From: Pirellulales bacterium
GTDB taxonomy: Bacteria > Planctomycetota > Planctomycetia > Pirellulales > JBFWUW01
Direction: 5' to 3'
Length of the DNA: 64,000 nt
Assembly: GCA_050247075.1 (NCBI GenBank)
Contig: JBFWUW010000006.1
Location: forward strand, 37,492-101,491
Shown here piece after piece: positions 28,168 to 37,464 of this stretch (position 1 is its first letter; each line of letters starts with the position of its first letter). The notes under the pieces are model-generated. The model searched no databases. It was not told the DNA's origin and worked only from the letters and a program-made list of their open reading frames with translations. The translations under genes and the position numbers were made by a program.

Positions 28168-29474
28168 GGACGGCGCCCCTTCTTGCGCAGCGGCTTGGGC
28201 TTGCGGCTCTTGGCGGGTCCACCACCGCCCATTTCGCCCGTGCTGCGTGTCTCAGCCCGTGCTTTGCCCCCTCGCGGTTTTCCGGGGCGAACTCCCTGTT
28301 TGTCCTGGCCGTCAGCCATCGAGCTGGTGGTGCTAGCGCCCGCCCCAGTTCCCGTGAATTTGCTCTTGGGCTTCTTGCCGGGACGCGGTCTTGCCGTGCG
28401 ATGCTTGCCCGATACAACCGGCCGCGATACCTGGCCGTCACCGTCGGCTGGTGGCGGACTGCCTAGAATCGTACGCCGCTGCGGCCGTTTTGCCGCGGCG
28501 GCGGCGCTCATGCGAAAGCGCTTATCGACATCGGCCCTGGCGGTCGCGTCGCCCGTATCGGCTGCGGCCGTGGCCGGGCTGTCAGGTGCTTTGCCGGACG
28601 CGGCCTTGACGGGCGCGGCTTTGGCCGGCCTGGCCTTTTTGCCGGCGGCAGGCGCATGGCGAGTTTGCGCGGGACGGCGGCGCGAAGCCAAGGCCGATGC
28701 CCGCAGCGAGCGGAGTTCGTCGGGCCGCATCTTGCGGTACTCGCCCGTCGCCAGATCGGCCAGTTTGACATCGCCGATAGCAACGCGTTTGAGCTTCAGC
28801 ACCTTGTGTCCCACGCGGGCCAACAGCCGACGAATTTCACGGTTGCGGCCTTCGTCCAGGACAATCTCCATCAGCGTGCCGCGTTTGGTTTGCGACTTCA
28901 CGGTCAGCCGCACGACCTTGGCAAACCCCTCCGCCAGAAACACACCCTTCTTTAACCGTTCCATCTCGTCGAATGTCACCTGGCCCGCCACCAACACCTG
29001 GTAGGTTTTTTCCACGCCGTACCGCGGATGGGTCAACAGATTGGCCAGTTCACCATCGTTGGTGATGATAATCAGCCCCTCGCTCGACATGTCGAGCCGG
29101 CCGACGGGAAAAATATGGTCGTGGTCTTGCGGCACCATGTCGATGACGCGCTCGCGGCCCGACGGGTCGTTGTTGGTGGCCAGCACCCCCATCGGCTTGT
29201 TCAGCAGATAATGCACCACACGCGGCTTCTTGAGGGCGATGCCATCCACGCGGATCTGCTGGCGGCCGGGCATGACCTTCGTGCCCAGTTCCAGCGTAAT
29301 CTGGCCATCGACTTCGACGCGACCGGTCAGGATCAGTTCCTCGCACTGCCGCCGGCTGCCCAAGCCCGAAGCCGCCAGCACCTTTTGCAGCCGTTGGCCC
29401 GCAGGGCTGTCACCGACTGGTTCGCCAGGGCCACCGCGGAGAGGGGACTTTTTACGAGTGGGACGGCCAGGCAT
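28164..29474 (-). CDS. rluB: RsuA/RluB-family pseudouridine synthase (S4 domain) with a ~200-aa Lys/Arg/Ala/Pro-rich tail
   Basis: 436 aa. Contains RLQKVLAASGLGSRRQCEELI (S4), PVGRLDMSSEGLIIITNDG, GRNREIRR. The stop overlaps the pyrK ATG (ATGA). Confidence 0.85.
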   Translation of the reverse strand: MPGRPTRKKSPLRGGPGEPVGDSPAGQRLQKVLAASGLGSRRQCEELILTGRVEVDGQITLELGTKVMPGRQQIRVDGIALKKPRVVHYLLNKPMGVLATNNDPSGRERVIDMVPQDHDHIFPVGRLDMSSEGLIIITNDGELANLLTHPRYGVEKTYQVLVAGQVTFDEMERLKKGVFLAEGFAKVVRLTVKSQTKRGTLMEIVLDEGRNREIRRLLARVGHKVLKLKRVAIGDVKLADLATGEYRKMRPDELRSLRASALASRRRPAQTRHAPAAGKKARPAKAAPVKAASGKAPDSPATAAADTGDATARADVDKRFRMSAAAAAKRPQRRTILGSPPPADGDGQVSRPVVSGKHRTARPRPGKKPKSKFTGTGAGASTTSSMADGQDKQGVRPGKPRGGKARAETRSTGEMGGGGPAKSRKPKPLRKKGRRP

Positions 29475-29647
29475 GCAACACCGCTGAAACGAGAAGCCGG
29501 CAAATCGCTGTCACCGCCACGTTTGGCCAGGCTCATCTTCGTGCCCTACTTTAGCCGGCAGCGCGCGGTGCGCTGGGCCTCATCATACCTGAGCGGCCAG
29601 ACGCGACACAGGGGCGCACAGCCGCCGGCTGCGCATCCCGACCAGCG

Positions 29648-29675
29648 CTGTAGGAGGCGATTCCATCGCCGATGG
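29648..29675 (+). repeat. REP-like palindromic element, copy d (CTGTAGGAGGCGATTCCATCGCCGATGG)
   Basis: Lies between the stop of the DUF1553 gene (29689, minus strand) and the rluB start (29474). Confidence 0.85.
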
Positions 29676-29688
29676 CTTGTACCAAGAC

Positions 29689-32600
29689 TTAGCGGATTGT
29701 GACAAAGTCGTTGTGGTTGAGCAGCACATGGACCAGGTTTTCTCGGGCGCGCTGCCGGGGATCGGCCGATGGCGGAATGGCGTTGGGCGTGCCAGCGGTG
29801 AAAGGGCTGAGCTGTTCCTTGGCGGCCAGTTGTTGCGTTTGCCGCTCCAAGAAGGCTAGACACTCCGCCCGTTCCGCGTCGCTGGGCTGCCGGGTCAGAA
29901 CTTGCTCAAAGGCCGCCGCCACAAATGCCGCATCGGTCTCTGGAGATGCGGGCGTTCCCGACTCGCCCGCCAGAAGGCCAGCTAGCAGACGGGCCTGGCC
30001 CAGCGAGAGTGAACTGTTGGCCAAGGCCAAGGCCTGCTGTGGAACGACACTTTCGTTGCGGCGATAGCACTCGGTCACGCCCGCCGCGTCAAACAACTGC
30101 AGAAAGGTCATCTGTTTTTCGTTGGCATGGCGGAAATAAATGCTGCGGCGGCGGTTGGTCAGGCCTTCGTTGTAGTCGATATCGGGCCCGCCCGCGGCCA
30201 GGTCTAATTGTCCAGCGACTTGCAACACGCTATCGCGAACCAGTTCGGCTTCCAAACGCCTGGTGCGCATCCGCCACAAGTATTTATTGTCCCGGTCAAT
30301 AGCAAGATTAGGATCGTCTGCCGCGGCGGTCGATTCCATACGATAGGTGTTCGATGTGACCATCAAGCGGTGCAAGTGCTTCATGCTCCAGCCTTGGTCC
30401 ATGAATTCCACGGCCAGCCAGTCCAACAGTTGTGGGTGCGTTGGCGGTTTGCCATTCAGGCCAAAGTCGAAAACGGTCGGCACCAGCGGGTCGCCAAAAT
30501 GCCGCAGCCATATATGGTTGACGGCCACGCGGGCCACCAGTGGGTTGCGGCGGTCGGCTATCCACCGGGCCAAGGCCAGCCGCCGCCCGCTGCTGGTGGT
30601 GGGGTAGATGGGGCCCAGCGGCGTGTAGGTGGCGGGCGGCGCGGCAGCCGCTTGTTGGGCCGCGGCAAGTTTGGCCGTGGCCTCGGTGACTTTCGCTTCC
30701 GCGGCAGTCACTGCTTGCTTGGTCTTTTCGTCGGTCTCCACCACGGCTTTTTTTGCCGTAGCCACGGCCTGTTCCGCCAAGATAAAATCCGATTCCGCCT
30801 TGAGCAGGCCCAGCGCAGCTTCCGCCGCGCCGGCCGCTTTGGCCAGTTCCTCGATATTGGCTGCTGGTGGCGCGGCGTACTTTGCCCGATCCGCCGCGAT
30901 GCGTGCTTGCGTGGCTGTTACGTTGCCTTCCGCCACGGCTAACTGCTTGCCTTGCACGGCCAAAGCCGCCTCGGCCAAGGCGATTTCGGCGTCGATATCG
31001 ACCGGCATGGCTGGCACAGCCGTTCCGTCAATCTTTTCCACCAACGCGGCGCTTTCGGCCAACGCATTCACCTGTAACGACATGAACTCGGCGGTTGAAT
31101 CGAACGACCACAGGGCAAACTTGCCCGCCATCCGCTCGTGAGGCAGCCGATAGGCCAGCAGCAATTGGCCATCTACCCACACGTTCAGCAGACGGTCGCG
31201 GATATCGACCCGCAACGTGATATCCTTGTTCATCTCCACGGCCAGCGGTTTCATCCCCTCGCCCGGATAGCTGGCTCCGCTGCGGTGCAGATAGACTTGC
31301 ACCTTGGAACCCCCCTCGACGGCGCTAAGGTATACCGCGTCGAAGTCTTGCAAGTCGTCGCGGTCGAATGACAGCCCGACCGATTTCCACATCTGTCCGC
31401 CCGTGATGCGGAATCTTACCGTGGCCGAGAAATCTCGCGGGTGTTCCGCCTTGCTGAGCAGCGCGGCCTCGGTGCTGGCAATGGCCGTTTGCCGCAAACG
31501 GCCGTCGGCGTATTCCCACTTACCGCCTGCTTGTTCCCAGACATCGGGCCGGTCGGCGGAAAAGTCATCGGTAATGAACGTGTCGCCGGAATCCGCGGGC
31601 TTGTCGGCTGGCGGCGACAACTTGCGTTGTTGCAGTTCGGCCAGCTTTTTCTCGCTGGCGGCCAGGGCTTGTTGGGCCGTGGCCAGTTCGGCCTGGGCCG
31701 CGGCCAGCGTTTCTTGTTGAACGAAATCGCGGACAGCCGGATAGTACGACTCCACCGGCAAATCCACCGGCTGAATCTCTGGCGCGGGAACCGACCGCGT
31801 TAGAATCGCCGGAAAGCCAGGGTCTAGCGGATTGTCCTTGTTGGGGCTTTTTTCGTCGCCGCGAACAAACAAATAAGTCGGCGCGGCGGCGTTGGCATCG
31901 AACACGCGCGACAGCCCGTCGAGCTCCACATTGGCCTGGCCGGGCAAGCGGTCGGTGCGAATGTCATAAGGCTCGAAGAAGGCCCGAAAGCGGTAATACT
32001 CGTGCTGCGCCAACGGATCGTACATGTGGTCGTGGCAACGGGCACAATTCAAAGTCATCCCCATGAACGCCTTGGAAGTATGCTCAATGGCGTTGTCGAG
32101 CCAGACGTTGCGATTGAACTTGTACCAGTTGCGGCCCAAGAAGCCGGTCGCCCGGATCGTTTGCGGGTCGTCCGGAGCCATCTCGTCTCCCGCCAGCATC
32201 TCCAAGATCATCTGGTTGTAAGGTTTGTCCTGGTTTTGGGACTCGACGATCCAATCTCGCCAGCGCCAAATATGCCGTTGGCTCTCGCGTATTTCGTTGC
32301 CGTAGCCGGCCCAATCGCTGTATCGCCACACGTCCATCCAATGCCGGCCCCAGCGCTCTCCGTAATGCGGGCTAGCCAACAACCGCTCCACGACACTGTC
32401 GTAGGCACCGTCAGAGTTGTCGGCCAAGAATTCGTGCAACTCTTGCCGCGTAGGGGGGAGGCCAATCAAGTCCAAGTAAACACGGCGTAGCAGTACTTGC
32501 TTCTCGGCTTCTGGCCGGGGCCGCAGGCCGCGCGCTTCGTGGTCGGCGGCGATGAACGCATCAATGGCATTGCGAACCCAAGCCGCGTTGGCTGGCTGCG

Positions 32601-33048
32601 GCAGGTCTGGCCGCTGGGGAGGTTGATACGACCAATGCTGCTGGGGATCGGCGGGGGGCTGCTCGTCGGGGGCGATGGCCCCTTGGTCGATCCAGGCGGA
32701 GACCAAGGCAATTTCGTCGGGCGAAAGCGGCTCGCCATCGACCGGCATTTGCGACACGCCCCCCGTCCCATTGAGGGCATGCACGATCAGGCTTTCACCG
32801 CTCTTGCCCGGCACGACCGCCGGCCCGCTCTCGCCCCCTTGCAGCAGCAGCGAGGCGGCGTCGACGCGCAACCCGGCTTGTTGCTTGAGATTTCCATGAC
32901 AGACAAAGCACTTTCGCTGCAGCAGCGGCTTAATCTGCCGCATATAGTCCACCGGCTCGGCGGCCCCAGCCGCGCCGCCAGCCCACAGCCATCCAGCCAT
33001 CAAGACAATCGCGGGCACCCCAGCGGGCGCGGCCAGCGGAGATTTCAT
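29689..33048 (-). CDS. PSCyt1 / DUF1549 (PSCyt2) / DUF1553 (PSD1) protein with a central coiled coil and a concanavalin/LamG-like insert
   Basis: The track ORF 29689..33120 is trimmed to MKSPLAAPAG... at 33048. Contains CFVCHG (PSCyt1), WVRNAIDAFI...RRVYLDLIGLPPT (DUF1549) and NHIWLRHFG...HPQLLDWLA (DUF1553). The middle part, TFITDDFS...WEYADGRL...FALWSF, looks LamG/DUF1080-like. Confidence 0.88.
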   Translation of the reverse strand: MKSPLAAPAGVPAIVLMAGWLWAGGAAGAAEPVDYMRQIKPLLQRKCFVCHGNLKQQAGLRVDAASLLLQGGESGPAVVPGKSGESLIVHALNGTGGVSQMPVDGEPLSPDEIALVSAWIDQGAIAPDEQPPADPQQHWSYQPPQRPDLPQPANAAWVRNAIDAFIAADHEARGLRPRPEAEKQVLLRRVYLDLIGLPPTRQELHEFLADNSDGAYDSVVERLLASPHYGERWGRHWMDVWRYSDWAGYGNEIRESQRHIWRWRDWIVESQNQDKPYNQMILEMLAGDEMAPDDPQTIRATGFLGRNWYKFNRNVWLDNAIEHTSKAFMGMTLNCARCHDHMYDPLAQHEYYRFRAFFEPYDIRTDRLPGQANVELDGLSRVFDANAAAPTYLFVRGDEKSPNKDNPLDPGFPAILTRSVPAPEIQPVDLPVESYYPAVRDFVQQETLAAAQAELATAQQALAASEKKLAELQQRKLSPPADKPADSGDTFITDDFSADRPDVWEQAGGKWEYADGRLRQTAIASTEAALLSKAEHPRDFSATVRFRITGGQMWKSVGLSFDRDDLQDFDAVYLSAVEGGSKVQVYLHRSGASYPGEGMKPLAVEMNKDITLRVDIRDRLLNVWVDGQLLLAYRLPHERMAGKFALWSFDSTAEFMSLQVNALAESAALVEKIDGTAVPAMPVDIDAEIALAEAALAVQGKQLAVAEGNVTATQARIAADRAKYAAPPAANIEELAKAAGAAEAALGLLKAESDFILAEQAVATAKKAVVETDEKTKQAVTAAEAKVTEATAKLAAAQQAAAAPPATYTPLGPIYPTTSSGRRLALARWIADRRNPLVARVAVNHIWLRHFGDPLVPTVFDFGLNGKPPTHPQLLDWLAVEFMDQGWSMKHLHRLMVTSNTYRMESTAAADDPNLAIDRDNKYLWRMRTRRLEAELVRDSVLQVAGQLDLAAGGPDIDYNEGLTNRRRSIYFRHANEKQMTFLQLFDAAGVTECYRRNESVVPQQALALANSSLSLGQARLLAGLLAGESGTPASPETDAAFVAAAFEQVLTRQPSDAERAECLAFLERQTQQLAAKEQLSPFTAGTPNAIPPSADPRQRARENLVHVLLNHNDFVTIR

Positions 33049-33355
33049 CGGCGAAATCCGTAAGGAAGGAACCCCATTGCCCACGGCTTCCATGATACCG
33101 CCGGGCGGCACTCGCATCAATCAAAGGCGATTCGATCTGGGTAGTAGAAGTTTGCTACTGGTTGAAACAGCGAAACTCTCCATACAGCCCCCGTCCTGAA
33201 ATAGGAAAGTCGGCTCTGTTGCAGGTGCGAATCAAACTGGAGGCGGCTTGCTCACTGGGTGCATGCCATTAGATCTCAAGCGAATTCAAGATCAAACCTG
33301 TTTCCGCGGCCGATGATGCTCACGCGCCGTCGGTATGATTTCGAATCTTGCTGCT

Positions 33356-34984
33356 TTAATTACCCGACATTACTTGCAGCACGCCCAGACTCAGGCCGAA
33401 GGCAGCGGTGCGGAGAATGCCTTCGTGGGCAGTCAACGAGAGTCGCAGATCTTGCTGGTCACGCCCTGCCACGATAAACACTCGATCGTCGGCCGATCGC
33501 AAATTGAGGACCAACAGTGGTGCCAAGGATTTCAATTGCTCACTGCCGATCCATTGCGACCATTGGCTCAGGCTGGTCCCGGCGTGCAGCGACAATTCCA
33601 AACGCGGCTTGTCATCGGCAGCGGCGAAAGCTCTTTGAAATGCCAAGTCGGCACGCGGTCCCCATCCGATCACCACGCGACCTTCGTCAGCGGCCAACCA
33701 AATTGCCTTGCCTTCGCCCAAATCGCGAGCCAGCGCTGGCGGCAGAGCAGCGGTGTCTACTCGCAAACTAACCGCGCCTGGCCAGGGAGGAATTTCCAGC
33801 TCCCGATTAGCCGCCGCAGGAGCGGGTGGCTGCTGTTTTCGCAGTTCATTCCAACTCGCGGCCACTCGTGCTACAGATGCCTTGTCGCGCAGGTCGAACC
33901 GCGCGGCCAACGAAACGGGCGGTCGCTCACCCACCGCCACCAGTTCTAGGCGGCAGTTGTCGGCAGCGACGGTCTCCGCGGCCAATTCCGCGAACCATGC
34001 GCCCAGCGACGGCTTAGCGCCGGCATCTGGCGGCGGGCCGGAAGCTTGCCGATAACGGTCCAGTCGTCCGCGCCACACGGCGCGTCCAGCGTCATCCATT
34101 GGCCAGTTTACATGCAAACGGCAGGCTTCATCGCGAGGCAATTCGGCCGCCTTGTCCGACACTTCCGCCAACTGGCCAACGGCCGCGTTCAAGGGCGTGC
34201 CCTCCAGCGGAGTTACTCTAAGATCAATATGAAGCGTCTTTTGAAGATGGTCGATTCGAACCGCCAAACGCGTTTCACCGGCCGAAGTCAGCCCTTCCTC
34301 GACCATCTGCAGCAACGCCAACGACTGTTCTTGCGACAGCAGGGACGACAGCCCGGCAGACGGCGGCGGCGAGATAGCTGCCGCAGTCATCTCCCGCAAC
34401 CGGTCAATGGCCATCCCGCGATAGGCCTCGGGCAGCCGCCTGATAAAAATAGTAATGGCTAGCAAAGCGTCGTCGTCGGCTTCCGCCAGCAGGGCCTGTG
34501 GATTGGGCAGATCCGCCAGGCGATCGGGCGACTGCGCAAGATACGCCCAACCATCATGCTCGCGGATATAGCCGGTGAAACTGCCACTGCCAATCTTGAA
34601 CAGCCCGTCTTCTGTTTTCTCCGCTTGGCCCAAGATCGGACGCAGCGATTGCAGCGAGAGAGGCAGATCGGCCACGGGCACCAAGACCAGCGGAGCAATG
34701 TCGATGCCGTCGGTGCGCAGCGCCACGGCCCAACGGCGCGTGCGATCGAGTCCATCCAGCCCCGTCACGCCCGACAGCTTCGAGAGTGCCTTGCCCGCGT
34801 TTTCGGCCATCCGTGCATTCTGTACGGTCTTCCCCAAGAACGACAGGTCAGCGGAGAACGCCTCGACGCTACTGCCCGTGACTATCGCCAGCGTCTGGTA
34901 TTCCGCAGCCAGCGACGATGACGCCAGGCAGCTAAACATCAGTCCCAGCAGCCAATGGGCGTAGCGATGTTTCACGGTGGCCAA
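33356..34984 (-). CDS. Secreted hypothetical protein
   Basis: 542 aa. Signal peptide ...LLGLMFSCLASSSLAAEY. No family recognised. Confidence 0.55.
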   Translation of the reverse strand: MATVKHRYAHWLLGLMFSCLASSSLAAEYQTLAIVTGSSVEAFSADLSFLGKTVQNARMAENAGKALSKLSGVTGLDGLDRTRRWAVALRTDGIDIAPLVLVPVADLPLSLQSLRPILGQAEKTEDGLFKIGSGSFTGYIREHDGWAYLAQSPDRLADLPNPQALLAEADDDALLAITIFIRRLPEAYRGMAIDRLREMTAAAISPPPSAGLSSLLSQEQSLALLQMVEEGLTSAGETRLAVRIDHLQKTLHIDLRVTPLEGTPLNAAVGQLAEVSDKAAELPRDEACRLHVNWPMDDAGRAVWRGRLDRYRQASGPPPDAGAKPSLGAWFAELAAETVAADNCRLELVAVGERPPVSLAARFDLRDKASVARVAASWNELRKQQPPAPAAANRELEIPPWPGAVSLRVDTAALPPALARDLGEGKAIWLAADEGRVVIGWGPRADLAFQRAFAAADDKPRLELSLHAGTSLSQWSQWIGSEQLKSLAPLLVLNLRSADDRVFIVAGRDQQDLRLSLTAHEGILRTAAFGLSLGVLQVMSGN

Positions 34985-35127
34985 CTCAACAAATAGAAAT
35001 GCATCGAACTGACAAAGCCGCCAGCCTTAGCCAGCCATTGTAGGTGGCACGGCGAGCGCCGCCTAGAATGGGTGCCAGTGGCCACAAAATTCTTGACCCT
35101 AACAGCGCACCAAAGAGCGAGTGACAT

Positions 35128-36027
35128 TCACGCCGCGCGATGAAGCTCGTTATCCGTCGGCAAGGATTTGGCCGCGCGGTCCTTGGCGGCGATCGCTGCC
35201 TCGTTAGGAGCGGGCTGTAATGCGGGTGCGCCCCGGGAGTAGCGGCGGTAAATGCCCGCCAGTTCGACGATGGCTTTCAAGAAGTCACTCCGCTTGAGCT
35301 TGGAGCCGGGAACTTCGTGCCATTGCTCCAGGGGAAGTTCGTAAGCCACGTCAACTAGATCGCCTTGCCCCGCTGCCCGATAGGCCGCCTTGAGCCGCGC
35401 GAGCAGTTCTACGTCGAAGATCCACCGCGAAGCAAAGGGTTGTTCTAGTGAAGATTGCAGTAGGGCATTGCGGCGAAATAGCTTGGCTCCACATTGTGTG
35501 TCTTGCAGCGGCAGGCCGATCACCCGCGATGCCGCCAAGGCGAACATTCTGCCCAACAGGCGGCGGAGGCGCTGCCGGCGGATGTCGCGCCCCAGCAGTC
35601 GCAGCCGAGAACCCAGCACGACTTGCACATGCGGCAATCGCCGCAAGACGTCAATGAATCGCGGCACCTCCTGCCAGGGCGTGGCCAGGTCCGCATCGAG
35701 AAAGCCGACAAAATCAGCTGCGGTCGAGCAAGCCGACAACATTCCTTGCCGCACGGCCTCGGCCTTGCCGCCGTTGGCCGGCAAATGCAGCACGCGAATG
35801 GAACGGCCGCTAGAGGCCAATCGGTCGAGCATCTCCCCCGTGCCATCCTGGCTGCCATCGTTGACCATCAGCAACCGCACGCCCGGCGCGGCCTGAACAA
35901 ACCGCTGCCAGGCGGCCAGGTCTAGCCGCTGGGCTTCGTTGTAGCAGGGGACGACGATGACACCGCTCAGCATGGCAGAACCGCTATTCATGGAAAGAAT
36001 CAAACTCGCTTGCCTTCCGGCGGTCAA
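35128..36027 (-). CDS. GT2 polyprenyl-phosphate glycosyltransferase (ArnC/GtrB/dolichyl-P-glucose synthase-like)
   Basis: 299 aa. Contains VVPCYNEAQRL, LMVNDGSQDGT, NGGKAEAVRQGM, FLDADLATP. Its start overlaps the upstream gene's stop by 4 nt. Confidence 0.8.
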   Translation of the reverse strand: MTAGRQASLILSMNSGSAMLSGVIVVPCYNEAQRLDLAAWQRFVQAAPGVRLLMVNDGSQDGTGEMLDRLASSGRSIRVLHLPANGGKAEAVRQGMLSACSTAADFVGFLDADLATPWQEVPRFIDVLRRLPHVQVVLGSRLRLLGRDIRRQRLRRLLGRMFALAASRVIGLPLQDTQCGAKLFRRNALLQSSLEQPFASRWIFDVELLARLKAAYRAAGQGDLVDVAYELPLEQWHEVPGSKLKRSDFLKAIVELAGIYRRYSRGAPALQPAPNEAAIAAKDRAAKSLPTDNELHRAA

Positions 36028-37421
36028 CCAGCGGCTCGCTGCAACAAACGCGAGGCATCGCGCCGCGGCAGCTCAGCCGATTCATCGAGGCTTTCTTGCA
36101 AAGCGGCCACGCCCGTCCCCTGCGGAAGCCTGATGACCAGCCAAACCACCGCCAATGCCGCCCAAGTAAGCAAGTGATACGATTGCAACAACAGCGAAAG
36201 TTCCTCGCCGACGATCGTTCGCCGCGTACCAAGGAATACCACGCCGCAACAGGCCATCAGCCACCATTGCCAACGGGTGATGGTGGCCCCCGCCAATATC
36301 CAACGGCTAAGCAGGTAGATGGCCGGAATGAGCAGGATCAGATGCTGTTTCCAACAGATCGGCGACATCAGCGCCGTGAAGATGCAGGCCACCGCCCAGT
36401 CTTTCAACAGGCCTTGCCGGGTGCTATCGGCGGCCCAACTGCGCCGCATCGTCCAGGCAATCGCCAGGCCCAACAGCAAGATGATGCCATTGACCGTTGG
36501 CTTAGCCCATTCGACCGGCAACGCACCAAACTGGAAGAACAAAGGATGCTTAAGATGCAACGGGTGCCCTGGCGGGTACGTTTCGACGAATCGAGCCAAG
36601 CCTGCTTTCAGGCTGGCATTTCGAATCTGAGGTGCCTCGATGCCGTGCGGAATCGACGGATAAGCCTCGGGCGTGTCACGCATGATTGATGCCGAATTGA
36701 CCAACCAGTATCGATGGCTGGCGATCGTGGTGTCCCAACCCAGGTAAACCGCGGGCAGCAAGTTCAGGCCAACCACGCACATCGCCAATGAAGCGGCCGA
36801 TTTCCATTCTCTCTTCCACAACAGCAACGGCAAGAAGAGCAAGGGAGTCGCCTTGTAGGTCACGGCCGCCGCCAGCCAAAAGCCCGACTGCCACTTGCCG
36901 CCGTGAAATTGTGCATGGGCCGCCAGCGTCAGCAACAGCAGCAAGAAGATCTGCAGTCCGCATTCATCCAGATCGCGGATGAGCAGCGGCAGCAACGCGG
37001 CCAGTGTCAACAAAACCGCTCCCCGGCGCTGCGGCAACCGGCCCGGAAACCAGGCATCGGCCATACGCCCCCACATCGCAAAAACGGCAAACAGTCCAGC
37101 CACCGCTAGCAAATAGCAGACGGCCCGGGTGGTAAAGTATTCGCCCAGTGGCAGCAGGCTGTCCAGCATCAGCCGCCCCAAGGGGTAGTAGTTGCCTTGG
37201 CTGCTGTAAGGGTTGCCCTGCAAAAAGTGCCGCCCAAACTCCAGATGGCAGTTGAAGTCATTGCCGCGCAAGAAGATCGCGTAGCCCCCTTCCACCACCG
37301 CCGCCACGGCTACCAGCCACAACCCAGCCTGTTGCCAGCGAGGGTTGAGATACCAAGGCGGCCGTTGCACGGTACCGCTGGCTGGTCCCCCATCGAAGCA
37401 AATCGTTTCTGGTGACGGCAT
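36024..37421 (-). CDS. Polytopic GT-C-type membrane glycosyltransferase (DUF2029/GT87-like)
   Basis: 465 aa with about 10 or more hydrophobic helices. The first loop has NDFNCHLEFGRHFLQGNPYS...YYPLG, resembling the DUF2029 D/E...YPP loop. Paired with a GT2 polyprenyl-P-sugar synthase. Confidence 0.55.
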   Translation of the reverse strand: MPSPETICFDGGPASGTVQRPPWYLNPRWQQAGLWLVAVAAVVEGGYAIFLRGNDFNCHLEFGRHFLQGNPYSSQGNYYPLGRLMLDSLLPLGEYFTTRAVCYLLAVAGLFAVFAMWGRMADAWFPGRLPQRRGAVLLTLAALLPLLIRDLDECGLQIFLLLLLTLAAHAQFHGGKWQSGFWLAAAVTYKATPLLFLPLLLWKREWKSAASLAMCVVGLNLLPAVYLGWDTTIASHRYWLVNSASIMRDTPEAYPSIPHGIEAPQIRNASLKAGLARFVETYPPGHPLHLKHPLFFQFGALPVEWAKPTVNGIILLLGLAIAWTMRRSWAADSTRQGLLKDWAVACIFTALMSPICWKQHLILLIPAIYLLSRWILAGATITRWQWWLMACCGVVFLGTRRTIVGEELSLLLQSYHLLTWAALAVVWLVIRLPQGTGVAALQESLDESAELPRRDASRLLQRAAG

Positions 37422-37464
37422 CGAACATCCATGTCACGAAGTGGTACGGAGTTTCAACGGGCAG

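Noticed and set aside
33041-33058. The palindrome GATTTCATCGGCGAAATC, which resembles the REP core.
   Set aside because: It lies inside the signal-peptide coding region of the DUF1553 gene and lacks the TGTAGGAGG flank. Chance similarity is more likely.
35039-35070. The TGTAGG-initiated hairpin TGTAGGTGGCACGGCGAGCGCCGCCTAGAATG downstream of the GT2 gene, a possible sixth REP locus.
   Set aside because: Only the TGTAGG head and a GC-rich imperfect stem are shared; the core differs. It may be a terminator or a diverged relative, but I cannot support family membership by eye.
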